From IMG/VR virus record IMGVR_UViG_3300049913_000005, positions 1-59,429 of that record: a stretch of 59,429 nucleotides of DNA. One strand, 5' to 3'. This document shows positions 47,803 to 56,552 of the stretch, piece after piece; position 1 is the stretch's first letter, and the number at the start of each line of letters is the position of its first letter. The notes under the pieces are model-generated. The model was given only the letters and a program-made list of their open reading frames with translations, ran no database searches and was not told the origin of the DNA. Source of the DNA: a virus (lineage: Duplodnaviria > Caudoviricetes). The position numbers and the translations under genes were made by a program.

Positions 47803-48267
47803 TTACTGGTTCACGTTCACGAAGATGTCGACCGGTCGTGCGTCGTGCAGCATCGTATTATTGACGATGACACCCGGCGAGCAACTGCAGCTACAACCTG
47901 CCGTTTGACTGAATGCGAACATCAGTGTCTCAGCCGTTGGACGAAGAATCGACTGCGCGATAAGTTGCCCGACGATCTCTTCGGCGATTTCACGCTTAAT
48001 GCGCGCGGTCTCGCGGCGCACCTTTCGCTGCAACTTGTCAACCTCAGGAAAATCACCGGTCATCGCGATTTGTTGATCACAAGGAAGATTATCGCTACGC
48101 TCAATGAGTTCGGCCATTTGCGCACTGCGTGCGGTGGCGACGCTAGTGTCGATATAGACGCGCGTCCTTGCGTTGAATTCGGCGTCTGGCGCTGTGAGCT
48201 TTCGCGGCACCATCTCAATACGGTGATCACCAATAACAACGACGATGTGATTGTTCGTGCTAGCCAT
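47803..48267 (-). CDS. Hypothetical protein
   Basis: AGGAG RBS; FSQ.AGCSC.CSPG motif. Confidence 0.65.
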   Translation of the reverse strand: MASTNNHIVVVIGDHRIEMVPRKLTAPDAEFNARTRVYIDTSVATARSAQMAELIERSDNLPCDQQIAMTGDFPEVDKLQRKVRRETARIKREIAEEIVGQLIAQSILRPTAETLMFAFSQTAGCSCSCSPGVIVNNTMLHDARPVDIFVNVNQ

Positions 48268-48314
48268 GATCTTTAGCTCCTACGTCGTAGTTCTGTTTTT
48301 GTCTTCTGGTACTA

Positions 48315-48343
48315 TCATATCACATCAAAGCAGAGATGTCTAG
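48315..48343 (-). promoter_or_regulatory. Sigma70-type promoter
   Basis: TAGACA-N17-TATGAT on the minus strand. Confidence 0.6.
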
Positions 48344-48356
48344 GTTTTACGCAGAT

Positions 48357-48905
48357 TTACCGGATGAACTTGAAAGTCTCCGCGTAGTCGAAGTCCGATC
48401 CACCCAGGTCGACATACCGTAGTTCGGCACGCCGTGCCATCAGTAGCGTACCGAGCCAGTTACGACCCGGCATACTCGGGGCACGAAGATCGATGCCCCA
48501 CACAGTGTCGCCCCAGTACGTTCCCTCCACCAGCATGGCGTCACCTGTGCCGAGAAGATGTTGACCCTCGGCGCGGTCGGGCTGGAACTTGACCGCCAGC
48601 ACAGCGCGCATTACGTCATACTTGATCAGTTCCCATTCCTCGCGGAGCTGGACTTGTCGGCCAATCTGCTTCGCCTTCCCAGGTGTGTCGGCCTTCGCGA
48701 TGAGCGTGTGATCCTCCGCTGTGTTTGCTTTGAACGCTTGGAACATGTGTTCGCCAGTTCGGTAAACGAATCCGGTACCCGGGAAGATCAACGGGTCACC
48801 AACGTAGAAGTTACTAAGGAAGTGATCTGGGTTCGGGCCGTTGAAGTCGTCGAACCAGCGAATGGTCTTGGCAAACTGCTCGATGGTCTTCGGTTCCTGC
48901 TTCAT
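48357..48905 (-). CDS. NADAR (YbiA-like) family protein
   Basis: FLSNFY, T.EH.FQA.K, AK..GR, W...K..VM, L..TG...LVE...D..WG, G.N.LG..LM. Confidence 0.9.
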   Translation of the reverse strand: MKQEPKTIEQFAKTIRWFDDFNGPNPDHFLSNFYVGDPLIFPGTGFVYRTGEHMFQAFKANTAEDHTLIAKADTPGKAKQIGRQVQLREEWELIKYDVMRAVLAVKFQPDRAEGQHLLGTGDAMLVEGTYWGDTVWGIDLRAPSMPGRNWLGTLLMARRAELRYVDLGGSDFDYAETFKFIR

Positions 48906-48966
48906 TGTGCAGACTCCAATCGTGTATCGATTTGTCCAGGTTTCAGATCCTCTTGGAGGACATTTG

Positions 48967-49005
48967 ATCTACCCCCTGGGCATATCTACCCAGGGGGTAT
49001 CGATC
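48967..49005. repeat. Intergenic hairpin formed by two inverted CCCCCTGGG motifs
   Basis: TACCCCCTGGG-CATATCTA-CCCAGGGGGTA. Confidence 0.8.
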
Positions 49006-49012
49006 TTAACCG

Positions 49013-49930
49013 CTAGTTGGTTCGAGCGTTGATCCGGTCGACGAGTGAATTGATCGCTTTGTTCGATGGACCTCCCAGCATACCCAGGAACCGCGACTCC
49101 GGCGTACCGAGTGCACGCTCCCATTGATAGTAGCTCGAGGTGGCGTTGATCAGTCCCCACGCTGTGCCGGCGAATTCGTTCACCGTCTCGTCATTGTGGC
49201 TGATCGCGATGATCTCTTCCTTGACCTCATCACGCGACTTGAGATACCGTTCGATCACGCCGTCAAGCAGCCGCCGTGCCTCGTCATCGGTGATCGTCAT
49301 CTCGGCGTATCCACGCATCGCCTGTGCGTACGACTTACCGTACTCCTGGATGTTGCTGAGCGTCATCTGTGCCTCATGCATACGCTCGCTTGCGCTCCGC
49401 GTGTGACGGATCGACCAGCGCAGGTGCGCCCCCTGGGTGAATGTCTTGATCGCAAGTCCGTTCATGCATTTCGATCGAAGCGGCATGACGGCGACCTCGA
49501 CGGCCCGTGAGCAGTTGTGGCTGGTGCGCAGCACGACATACAACTCGTGCGGGTCGACATCGGTGAGAAGATCGGTGTTCTCTGGCACCTTCACGACCAT
49601 GAAACCTTGCTTGCCGCCGGAAAGTGGACCGGCCGCGACGTACCGCGGGTTGATGGTGTCCATGAACGTGAATGCCTCGCGATACTGGACGATCTCGTAC
49701 ACCTCGGAGACGACGCCCAGTCCCTCACCGTTGTCGGTGCGAACGGTGGCGTAACGCTCGGGGAACGTCAGCGTCTCGTCGTTCCACTGGTACGTGAGCG
49801 GCGCGAGTGCGACGTCGAAGTCGAGTCCGGAGAGCCGCGCGGCCTCCTCGGCGGTGACGGGTTCGTCGACGAGCCGACCGAGTTTCATCCAGGGGGCTTC
49901 GCGCGTAGAGAACATGGTAGCGGCGGTCAT
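49013..49930 (-). CDS. DUF932/DUF945-family protein
   Basis: PW..LG, A..SGLDF.V, LGVVS..Y..VQ, SH, C.NGL, RHT, GTAWG..NA. Confidence 0.85.
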   Translation of the reverse strand: MTAATMFSTREAPWMKLGRLVDEPVTAEEAARLSGLDFDVALAPLTYQWNDETLTFPERYATVRTDNGEGLGVVSEVYEIVQYREAFTFMDTINPRYVAAGPLSGGKQGFMVVKVPENTDLLTDVDPHELYVVLRTSHNCSRAVEVAVMPLRSKCMNGLAIKTFTQGAHLRWSIRHTRSASERMHEAQMTLSNIQEYGKSYAQAMRGYAEMTITDDEARRLLDGVIERYLKSRDEVKEEIIAISHNDETVNEFAGTAWGLINATSSYYQWERALGTPESRFLGMLGGPSNKAINSLVDRINARTN

Positions 49931-49968
49931 CGTAACTCCTTCGTCGTAGTGCTTGCCTAACAGATACC

Positions 49969-50033
49969 ATCATATCACGTTAATGACATGATGTCAACAG
50001 GTCATTAACGTGATATGATGTCAACAGGTCATT
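49969..50033 (-). promoter_or_regulatory. Promoter embedded in a 20-bp inverted repeat and a 19-bp direct repeat
   Basis: TTGACA-N17-TATGAT on the minus strand; CATCATATCACGTTAATGAC/GTCATTAACGTGATATGATG; ATGATGTCAACAGGTCATT x2. Confidence 0.7.
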
Positions 50034-50310
50034 TCGCGTCGGTAGTCTCCTCCGGCTCTTCGCCCGATGCCTCCCAGTCGCTGATCTCTGCGGTGTAGCT
50101 ACTGTTCCACCCGCTACACGGTGCGCAGAGTGACGATGGAAGTTCCTCATACGCGCGATCTTCTACGTCAAGATCTGACGCAGTCAGTTTATCTACGGGT
50201 ACTTTGAGTTCGAGTGCGATGTCGTACAACTGCGCTTCGGTAACGATTACGGAAACGATGGCGGTCAGCGTCGTGGTGAACTCGACATTGAATGTGCGAT
50301 CCATAATCAT
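50029..50310 (-). CDS. Hypothetical acidic protein
   Basis: AAGGA RBS, CAPC. Confidence 0.6.
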   Translation of the reverse strand: MIMDRTFNVEFTTTLTAIVSVIVTEAQLYDIALELKVPVDKLTASDLDVEDRAYEELPSSLCAPCSGWNSSYTAEISDWEASGEEPEETTDAK

Positions 50311-50321
50311 AATTCCTTTAC

Positions 50322-50517
50322 TTAGCTGTCTTTGCGGTGTTTTCCTTGGTATGATGCACGACGTCCACCACGACCAAGATGGTAACCTTGTGATTCCGGT
50401 ACAGGTGTTGTGTCATATTTTGGGTTTACATCACGAGGAATTTCACGGCCCTGTGCCCCGCGGCCGGGGGTGCCAACATGATACCCATGCGAATCTGATG
50501 ATGACGATGTATTTGGC
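50322..50517 (-). CDS. Small basic hypothetical protein
   Basis: GGAG RBS before MPNTSS; ends GKHRKDS. Confidence 0.4.
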
Positions 50518-50706
50518 ATTGCTACACTACTCCACGATCTCGAACTTAGCGTTATTTGGATCACTTAACGGTGTCATCATTGGTCGCTGGACGATCGTCT
50601 GACGTTTTGGGTATGAGTTGTAGATGCACGTGTTTGTATGTGTGATGATGTTGTCTTTTGCCTTTGCATAGCAGATCATGCAACGCATGCTATTCATCTA
50701 CTTTAC

Positions 50707-50907
50707 TTATTGCATATTTGACTTCTTTTTGACTACATGTAGTGTCTGTCGATGTTCCCATGTTGTAAATCGGTTAGGAGTAAACCATAAAACTTCATAT
50801 TCATTACCATCTGATCGAAGTATCTGTCCGAAGCCGTATCGTCTGCCGTTATCTTCGACCCGTGTGCCATTTCGTAATGTGTCAGTCGTATTCATATTAC
50901 TCACCAT
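50707..50907 (-). CDS. Hypothetical protein (SH3-like beta pattern)
   Basis: G.RV...G.I...Y.V.W. Confidence 0.5.
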   Translation of the reverse strand: MVSNMNTTDTLRNGTRVEDNGRRYGFGQILRSDGNEYEVLWFTPNRFTTWEHRQTLHVVKKKSNMQ

Positions 50908-50910
50908 GTT

Positions 50911-51144
50911 TCACTTATTTGTGCGCGTGTAGTTGCCTAGTATATTCATAATTGAGTCGTAGTGGTCATCGACACCATGCGTAGTTATAACGATATCGGC
51001 AATGTTGTACGTCGTGGCTTCATTATGGAATGCTTCAGCGATCAGCTGAGCGACGATTCGCTCGGTGGTCGACTTGGCCTTGTCCGCACGTCCAAGCCAC
51101 TCTGCTTCAGCTCTCAACATCGCATTGCGAATATTTTGCATCAT
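50911..51144 (-). CDS. Hypothetical protein
   Basis: AGGAGG RBS before MMQNIR. Confidence 0.55.
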   Translation of the reverse strand: MMQNIRNAMLRAEAEWLGRADKAKSTTERIVAQLIAEAFHNEATTYNIADIVITTHGVDDHYDSIMNILGNYTRTNK

Positions 51145-51193
51145 ACCTCCTATAGTGTTCATATTGTGTGCAAACTTATGTAGTTAATAGTAC

Positions 51194-51373
51194 CTATTCG
51201 CCGAGATATTTTTCAACTGCCGTACAGCATAACGTACGACCATCACATACAATTAAACAAGACCAGTTCTCATGTGGTATCGAACGAAGATATTCTTTGA
51301 CTTCTGTAGTGGTCGCGTTATACACAGGCACGTATGTGCTCTTGTCTAAAACTGCATCCAAGTACATACTCAT
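51194..51373 (-). CDS. Hypothetical protein (59 aa; not in the ORF track)
   Basis: AGGAGG RBS; MSMYLDAVLD...YLGE. Confidence 0.5.
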   Translation of the reverse strand: MSMYLDAVLDKSTYVPVYNATTTEVKEYLRSIPHENWSCLIVCDGRTLCCTAVEKYLGE

Positions 51374-51404
51374 AGCACGCCTCCTATAATGATCATATCG
51401 AACG

Positions 51405-51505
51405 TAGACCCAGGTGGACTTGAACCACCATCACTCGGGTATCGCGCTTAGGATAAATCCGGCTACGTCCACTCGACAGTGCTTTGCCAGTTAAGCGATG
51501 GGTCC
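51405..51505 (-). ncRNA. 101-nt tRNA-like RNA with an expanded anticodon arm
   Basis: Acceptor GGACCCA/TGGGTCT, D-arm GCTT-AACTGGCA-AAGC, T-arm GGTGG-TTCAAGT-CCACC; ~50 nt between the D- and T-arms. Confidence 0.75.
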
Positions 51506-51539
51506 GTATGGCGGGATTGTGGCTCCCGCCGAGCCATGA

Positions 51540-51683
51540 TCAGATCGTGCGCTTCCATGAATGCTTGTCACGAGCACGTTCGTGCTTGGTATGACGACGA
51601 CGTGGCGCCTTCGACCAATCGCAACAGCCGTTGCCGCACGCGTTTCGTTCATTCTTGATACGCTTGCCGAGCATCTTTCCCAT
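51540..51683 (-). CDS. Small basic Cys-containing protein (47 aa)
   Basis: AGGAG RBS; MGKMLGKR...CGNGCC. Confidence 0.45.
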   Translation of the reverse strand: MGKMLGKRIKNERNACGNGCCDWSKAPRRRHTKHERARDKHSWKRTI

Positions 51684-51691
51684 CACAACTC

Positions 51692-52294
51692 CTAGTTAAA
51701 ACGCTTGGCGCAGACTGGACCCATCGACCGAGCGATCGACTCGGGGTCCGAGAGATGGGCGTTGCAGACCGCGCAACGTCCGTGACGTGAGGCGTATGCA
51801 ACTGCCGAAGCCTTCGGGTCGATCAAGATTGCGCGTGCCGCAGCAGTTTGCAACTGCACCGAAATTGTCTTGCGGTTCCAGTCGTTTGGCGAGCCAAGCA
51901 GTTGGTTCAGGTACCGGATACCGTTTGGACGTTGCACGACTTCAAAGAAGTTCCACTCGCCCGTGTCCTTGCGCGGTAGAGCATACCGCGATAGCGGCAG
52001 TTGCCGTAGCAGGTCGGATTTCTCCTTGATGGTGGCGCTACCTGCAGTGTTGAGTGTGGGGAACGGACGGCAGCGTAGCAGCGCGGAGATCGCTTCGCTT
52101 GCTGCGGCACCTGTAATGAGATTGTTGCGTCGAACCTGATCGATTGTGTACAACACACTATCGGTGACGTGACCGTCGATGTCGCGCTTGCTCGACAGGT
52201 CGCGAATATAGTTGCGCTGTTTCATCGTCGCAGAGTGTGTCTGGGCGAAATCACTGCGAAGATCTGCGAGGCTCATCTTTGGCTCCTGTATCAC
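51692..52294 (-). CDS. DUF6011-like protein
   Basis: C-terminal CAVC..LSDPES....GPVC; start probably 52276 after AGGAG. Confidence 0.7.
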   Translation of the reverse strand: MIQEPKMSLADLRSDFAQTHSATMKQRNYIRDLSSKRDIDGHVTDSVLYTIDQVRRNNLITGAAASEAISALLRCRPFPTLNTAGSATIKEKSDLLRQLPLSRYALPRKDTGEWNFFEVVQRPNGIRYLNQLLGSPNDWNRKTISVQLQTAAARAILIDPKASAVAYASRHGRCAVCNAHLSDPESIARSMGPVCAKRFN

Positions 52295-52560
52295 TCGTCA
52301 TAACTCGTTGTTGTTCTGGTTGTTGCCTCGTGTATTACACTACCAGGTCTGTGAGTTAATGTAAATAGGTAATCGCAAGATCTTTACAGGTTGGCCCGGG
52401 CCGACCTCGCCACAGCCCGGGCCAACCATGGTAGTCGACAGACTTGTGGTCGTCAACTACCCCTGGGTGATCGATCATCTATCGCTCGCCAGACTCAAGC
52501 GTGGGTCGCCGTGGATACGATGTCAACATTCATCCACTCCCTCTGATCGATCATCCAATC

Positions 52561-52896
52561 TTACTTACCGACAACGTCAATGATGACTGACATAATTGTC
52601 ATTAGCACACCAAATGCCGCTATCAGTACACCGATACCTGCCCACATTGCACGTGGTGTGATAACTGGTCGTTGTTCGATCACGCGAAGACGTAACTCAT
52701 AGTCGGCATCACGTTTTTCCGCTGCCACAAGTCCATCTTGCATATTACCGATTTCAACTCGATTAATCGCAGCCGTTGTGTCGAACTTTCCCATGAGTGT
52801 AGACATATTTGCACTAAGTGTTCGCATCTCATTGTAGACATCAGTGATCCCAATGATCACCTGATCACCACCGGCCGAGACAATCGTCACGTGCAT
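52561..52896 (-). CDS. Coiled-coil membrane protein (holin/spanin-like)
   Basis: D.E.RLR..E coiled coil followed by a C-terminal TM helix. Confidence 0.55.
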   Translation of the reverse strand: MHVTIVSAGGDQVIIGITDVYNEMRTLSANMSTLMGKFDTTAAINRVEIGNMQDGLVAAEKRDADYELRLRVIEQRPVITPRAMWAGIGVLIAAFGVLMTIMSVIIDVVGK

Positions 52897-52939
52897 ACCT
52901 TTGTGCTAAATGTGCAGGTAACGCAGGCAATGCATAACA

Positions 52940-54541
52940 CTATACAGACGGGTCAGGCTGTTCCGTAATCATTGGCGTGCATACGGACCAACGGTGCGCA
53001 CCGGTCGCATGTTCGCGCTTGATTCGTCCGTCACGCCGCAGCCGATAGAGCGACAGATAAACAAAGTTTGCGCCGAGTTCGGTTCCCTCGGCGATCTCTG
53101 TACGCGTCTTTGCGCCGTCCTGTGCTGTCATCCAGTCGTATACCTGCTCATCGCGAGTAATAGTCTCGCTGGGACGCGGACGTCCCTGACGCCGGTGTGC
53201 CGTAGTTCCGGTGTCTGCGGCCTCAGTGGTTGGCGTCTCAGTGGTCGACACCTCAGTGTCATTCATTCTAGTTACTCCTAACGTGATTTTCGCAACGCGT
53301 GTAACTCTATCACGTGTTGCGACAGACTTACGTCCATCGGTAAAATTAATGTCAAACTCACGATCACCGATACATTCACCATGATAAAGATCAGGTAAAC
53401 CGTTAAGCGCATGTTGAAGTGCAGTTCCGATCCACTTACCGCACTGTACAGTGATACCTTTCCCCCACGTCATCGTGAGTCCAGGATGATGACGTAGTGG
53501 CGCAATCTTCCAGTCATCCGGAAAACCCATGATACGTGCGGTTTCACGGTGCGTTAACATACGATCAAGTTGTGGATGCATCGCGCAGCACATCGCCGCA
53601 CCTGTGACGACGCGTGACGGTCGATTACCATTCCATCGTGTTGGTGTCGTATATCCGAGTTGAAAGTCACTCTTAACGACTTTCTCCTCCGTATACTTCC
53701 ACGAATCAGGAAGCTTCGCGTATGCGTCCCAATACCGTCGTGCCACAATCGCAAGATGTTCGTCTGGGTGCCACGCAACACCGTGTGTTAAGTCAACACA
53801 TCGTTGAGCTAATGGCGTGTCACGTGTGATATGCCCGTCCACAACCCCCTGGGTAGATACGACATGTTGATTCACCCAGGGGGAAGGTTCACGGTTATAT
53901 GGCTGTGCATCCCATGACATCTCAAGATTAATGAGATCGCCGATTGCATCATTCAGTATGATGTTACCGTTGGTAAGCGTATCGGGATCGACACCGAACG
54001 GGATACGTGATGCAATCCAGAAATATCGTCGACGTTCGGCGACACCGCCGACGAATCTGGCGTTATGCCGAACATGGTAGAGCGTCCACGATTCGTCCGT
54101 CAGGTCTTCCAATTTCGCGCGCAGTTGACGCATCAGGCCCAGTCCGTCTGACCTGGTACGGGCCATTTGAACCGACTCAAACACCACGATCTGTGGTCGT
54201 ACCCGCGCGGCGTATTCAATCAGACGCCACATGCACGCGTTGATTGGAGAATCGGCACCTCTGAATTCATGGTTCGACATGACACTAAATCCGGAGCATG
54301 GCGGATTGCCAAACACGACATCAGCATCGACCGTCGACCACGCTTCAGTCGATGTAGCATTTCGTGGAAGCGTTTCGGCTTTCCAATCATTCCCAAGAAT
54401 GTGACGATTAGCTTCGCAGCTGGCGACACCGAATCCGCCGTATAGTTCACGTTTACCGACAAGACTGAATCCAGCTTGCACCATTCCAGTGGTAAAACCG
54501 CCGGCAAAACCCATGATGTCAACGGCACGATACATGATCAC
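52940..54541 (-). CDS. DNA cytosine-C5 methyltransferase homologue with in-frame C-terminal winged-HTH
   Basis: GNPPCSGFS (IV), FESV (VI), RRRYF (VIII), LT.RE.AR.MGFPD (IX); C-terminal TRTEIAE...VYLSL.RL...G. Confidence 0.85.
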   Translation of the reverse strand: MIMYRAVDIMGFAGGFTTGMVQAGFSLVGKRELYGGFGVASCEANRHILGNDWKAETLPRNATSTEAWSTVDADVVFGNPPCSGFSVMSNHEFRGADSPINACMWRLIEYAARVRPQIVVFESVQMARTRSDGLGLMRQLRAKLEDLTDESWTLYHVRHNARFVGGVAERRRYFWIASRIPFGVDPDTLTNGNIILNDAIGDLINLEMSWDAQPYNREPSPWVNQHVVSTQGVVDGHITRDTPLAQRCVDLTHGVAWHPDEHLAIVARRYWDAYAKLPDSWKYTEEKVVKSDFQLGYTTPTRWNGNRPSRVVTGAAMCCAMHPQLDRMLTHRETARIMGFPDDWKIAPLRHHPGLTMTWGKGITVQCGKWIGTALQHALNGLPDLYHGECIGDREFDINFTDGRKSVATRDRVTRVAKITLGVTRMNDTEVSTTETPTTEAADTGTTAHRRQGRPRPSETITRDEQVYDWMTAQDGAKTRTEIAEGTELGANFVYLSLYRLRRDGRIKREHATGAHRWSVCTPMITEQPDPSV

Positions 54542-55104
54542 ATTCTATCAAGTTGGTCAAGATAGGTTTTCACCACGGGCGGAAGTTCGCTATCACATCC
54601 ACCACAAATATAGATCGTCTTACCGTCATAACCGCGTATTTCATGCACGACAACATCAGTGACATCACGATTACAATGCGCACATTTGCTTGAGATACCG
54701 TCATAACCGATAGCTTGCCGTTTAGCGTTTACATCACATTTACTCATGTATGCACGATAGAAATCACGTGCAATATCTTCAGGTGCAAGATCTGGTTTAA
54801 TCACAAGTAAGAGATTCATGATGAAGTGCCAACAGTCAACGAGTTCGCCAAAGAATGCACCATCATTGATAAAGAGATTGTCATCAGTCGTGAGCCACGG
54901 TTTCCATGAACATTCTTGCAGCACCTCAGCCTGTAGTTCATTGCTCAATGACAGTACCATGTCACGAATGTATATGATGCGTTCATGAAGTGTCATCGAT
55001 GAGAACGTAAAGCCGAATTTAGTTTGAAGTTCTTTTTGTGCCTGAATCATAACGGAAAGACGATCAAGTGACAGATACTCAGACAGTTCAGGTTCATTTG
55101 TCAT
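54538..55104 (-). CDS. All-alpha dNTP pyrophosphatase (dimeric dUTPase / T4 gp56 dCTPase-like) with zinc-ribbon tail
   Basis: Q..LQ, E...E, WKPW, ELVD.WHF, Y..K...N..RQ..GY. Confidence 0.85.
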   Translation of the reverse strand: MTNEPELSEYLSLDRLSVMIQAQKELQTKFGFTFSSMTLHERIIYIRDMVLSLSNELQAEVLQECSWKPWLTTDDNLFINDGAFFGELVDCWHFIMNLLLVIKPDLAPEDIARDFYRAYMSKCDVNAKRQAIGYDGISSKCAHCNRDVTDVVVHEIRGYDGKTIYICGGCDSELPPVVKTYLDQLDRM

Positions 55105-56552
55105 GCTGATGTCAATCCTAACTGTTTCTCGATAAGTCGTTCGGTGTAATGTTTATTCCATCGCCGCGCGAGCAGATTACGTTGCCAATCGGTAATGACA
55201 CGCCAGGTAACTGGTCCCATCATATCAACACGTTCACTTAGTTCACTTGGCATGTCGACTCGAAGCCATGCCGCGAGCCAGAGATCTTCTTCAGTCCAAT
55301 CGTCACGAATCGAGTAGAAGTTTCGTCCATTCACCTGACCGACGTAATGCGTGCCGTCATTGTGGCAACGCGTCGGAATAATCCATCCTTGTTCGTCAAG
55401 TTGTTCGATCATAAAACAAACGGTACGTGCCGCAAAGCACTGGAATGGTTTCGCCGTCGACCAACCAGTATCGAGTGGTGGTAACGCTATCGTGCATCGC
55501 CACCGATTGAGATGGCTTGGAAACTCGTGAGGTGGTCTGCGCGCCACTGGGTGATCGGCAATATCAACGAGACTGACCGCATCCCATTTGCCGAATACCT
55601 CGACATCTGGCCATGCATTAACCAGATAGTCACGAACATACTCTGAACGTCGACGTCTTCCTACGTTGAATGATGTGGTGGCAACACCGATCGTCTGGCG
55701 ATCATCATAGCCTGCTGGACCCCACGTCTCCCAGTCGTCTGGAAGAATCATCAATTCAAGTCCACCATACCTATATGTATGACGAACACGCCACAAATTA
55801 CTATGACATGCATCACTATCCGTCTCTGCAATATCGCTAAAGTTTAGAGAATATGGCGTACGCGCGTCACCGTGACGATCATGTCGTTGGTGTCGTTGGT
55901 ACTCGTATTGCGCAAGTATGTTACCCAATCCAGTGGGCCATTTAACAGATCGTGTCTTAAGGTAGTTGCGTGGGTCTGTGACAATCCATGCGACAGGTGC
56001 TCGACCGTTCGTACGGTCTCCGAGTCTATTGAGTCCATCAACAAGAAATTCTTCGTAGTTCCTTGTCCAAGCTTGTGGGTTTGTTCCATATGTGACGGGA
56101 TCAATGGCGACATCATCCCATGTATGTCCGATAAGTGGGATAACACCACTGCACGTTCCGTGCTGTCCTACATGGACGATCATACCGTCAAGTTCGGCAA
56201 TCATTCGTGTAACGTCACGTGCGGTGTTGTACGATCGCATATCATTGATAAGATATGATGGACTATTTTCAATCGTAATCATACTAGACATACGATCTGG
56301 CTTTACTGAGTTAATGTGCTGTACTGGACCGTTTCGGAACCAGTCAGCATCTACCGGCCAGGGATTAGTGATGTTGGCTGGCAACCCCTGGGTGCACCGG
56401 TCGTTCTTGCCTACGATGACCCACTCTACATCTGGGTTACGTTCAGCCAATCGAAGAAGCAAGTTGGGTGCCTCGGCATCGCCCTGAAATCCGAACTTCG
56501 TACGATCGAACTCCATGCAACGACCAAGTTTGGCATAGCCGATACGTGTCAT
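55101..56552 (-). CDS. T4 beta-glucosyltransferase-like DNA base glycosyltransferase
   Basis: VTDPR (cf. BGT FTDIR catalytic Asp), RRRRSE, EVFGKW, CF...LD.Q..I, LRV..PSEL.ERV, WQR.LL, collinear with BGT as I recall its sequence. Confidence 0.7.
   Translation of the reverse strand: MTRIGYAKLGRCMEFDRTKFGFQGDAEAPNLLLRLAERNPDVEWVIVGKNDRCTQGLPANITNPWPVDADWFRNGPVQHINSVKPDRMSSMITIENSPSYLINDMRSYNTARDVTRMIAELDGMIVHVGQHGTCSGVIPLIGHTWDDVAIDPVTYGTNPQAWTRNYEEFLVDGLNRLGDRTNGRAPVAWIVTDPRNYLKTRSVKWPTGLGNILAQYEYQRHQRHDRHGDARTPYSLNFSDIAETDSDACHSNLWRVRHTYRYGGLELMILPDDWETWGPAGYDDRQTIGVATTSFNVGRRRRSEYVRDYLVNAWPDVEVFGKWDAVSLVDIADHPVARRPPHEFPSHLNRWRCTIALPPLDTGWSTAKPFQCFAARTVCFMIEQLDEQGWIIPTRCHNDGTHYVGQVNGRNFYSIRDDWTEEDLWLAAWLRVDMPSELSERVDMMGPVTWRVITDWQRNLLARRWNKHYTERLIEKQLGLTSA

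Noticed and set aside
12007-52896. Integrase, repressor-immunity or partition module
   Set aside because: No tyrosine/serine recombinase or ParA motifs were recognised in any ORF, so a temperate lifestyle is not supported
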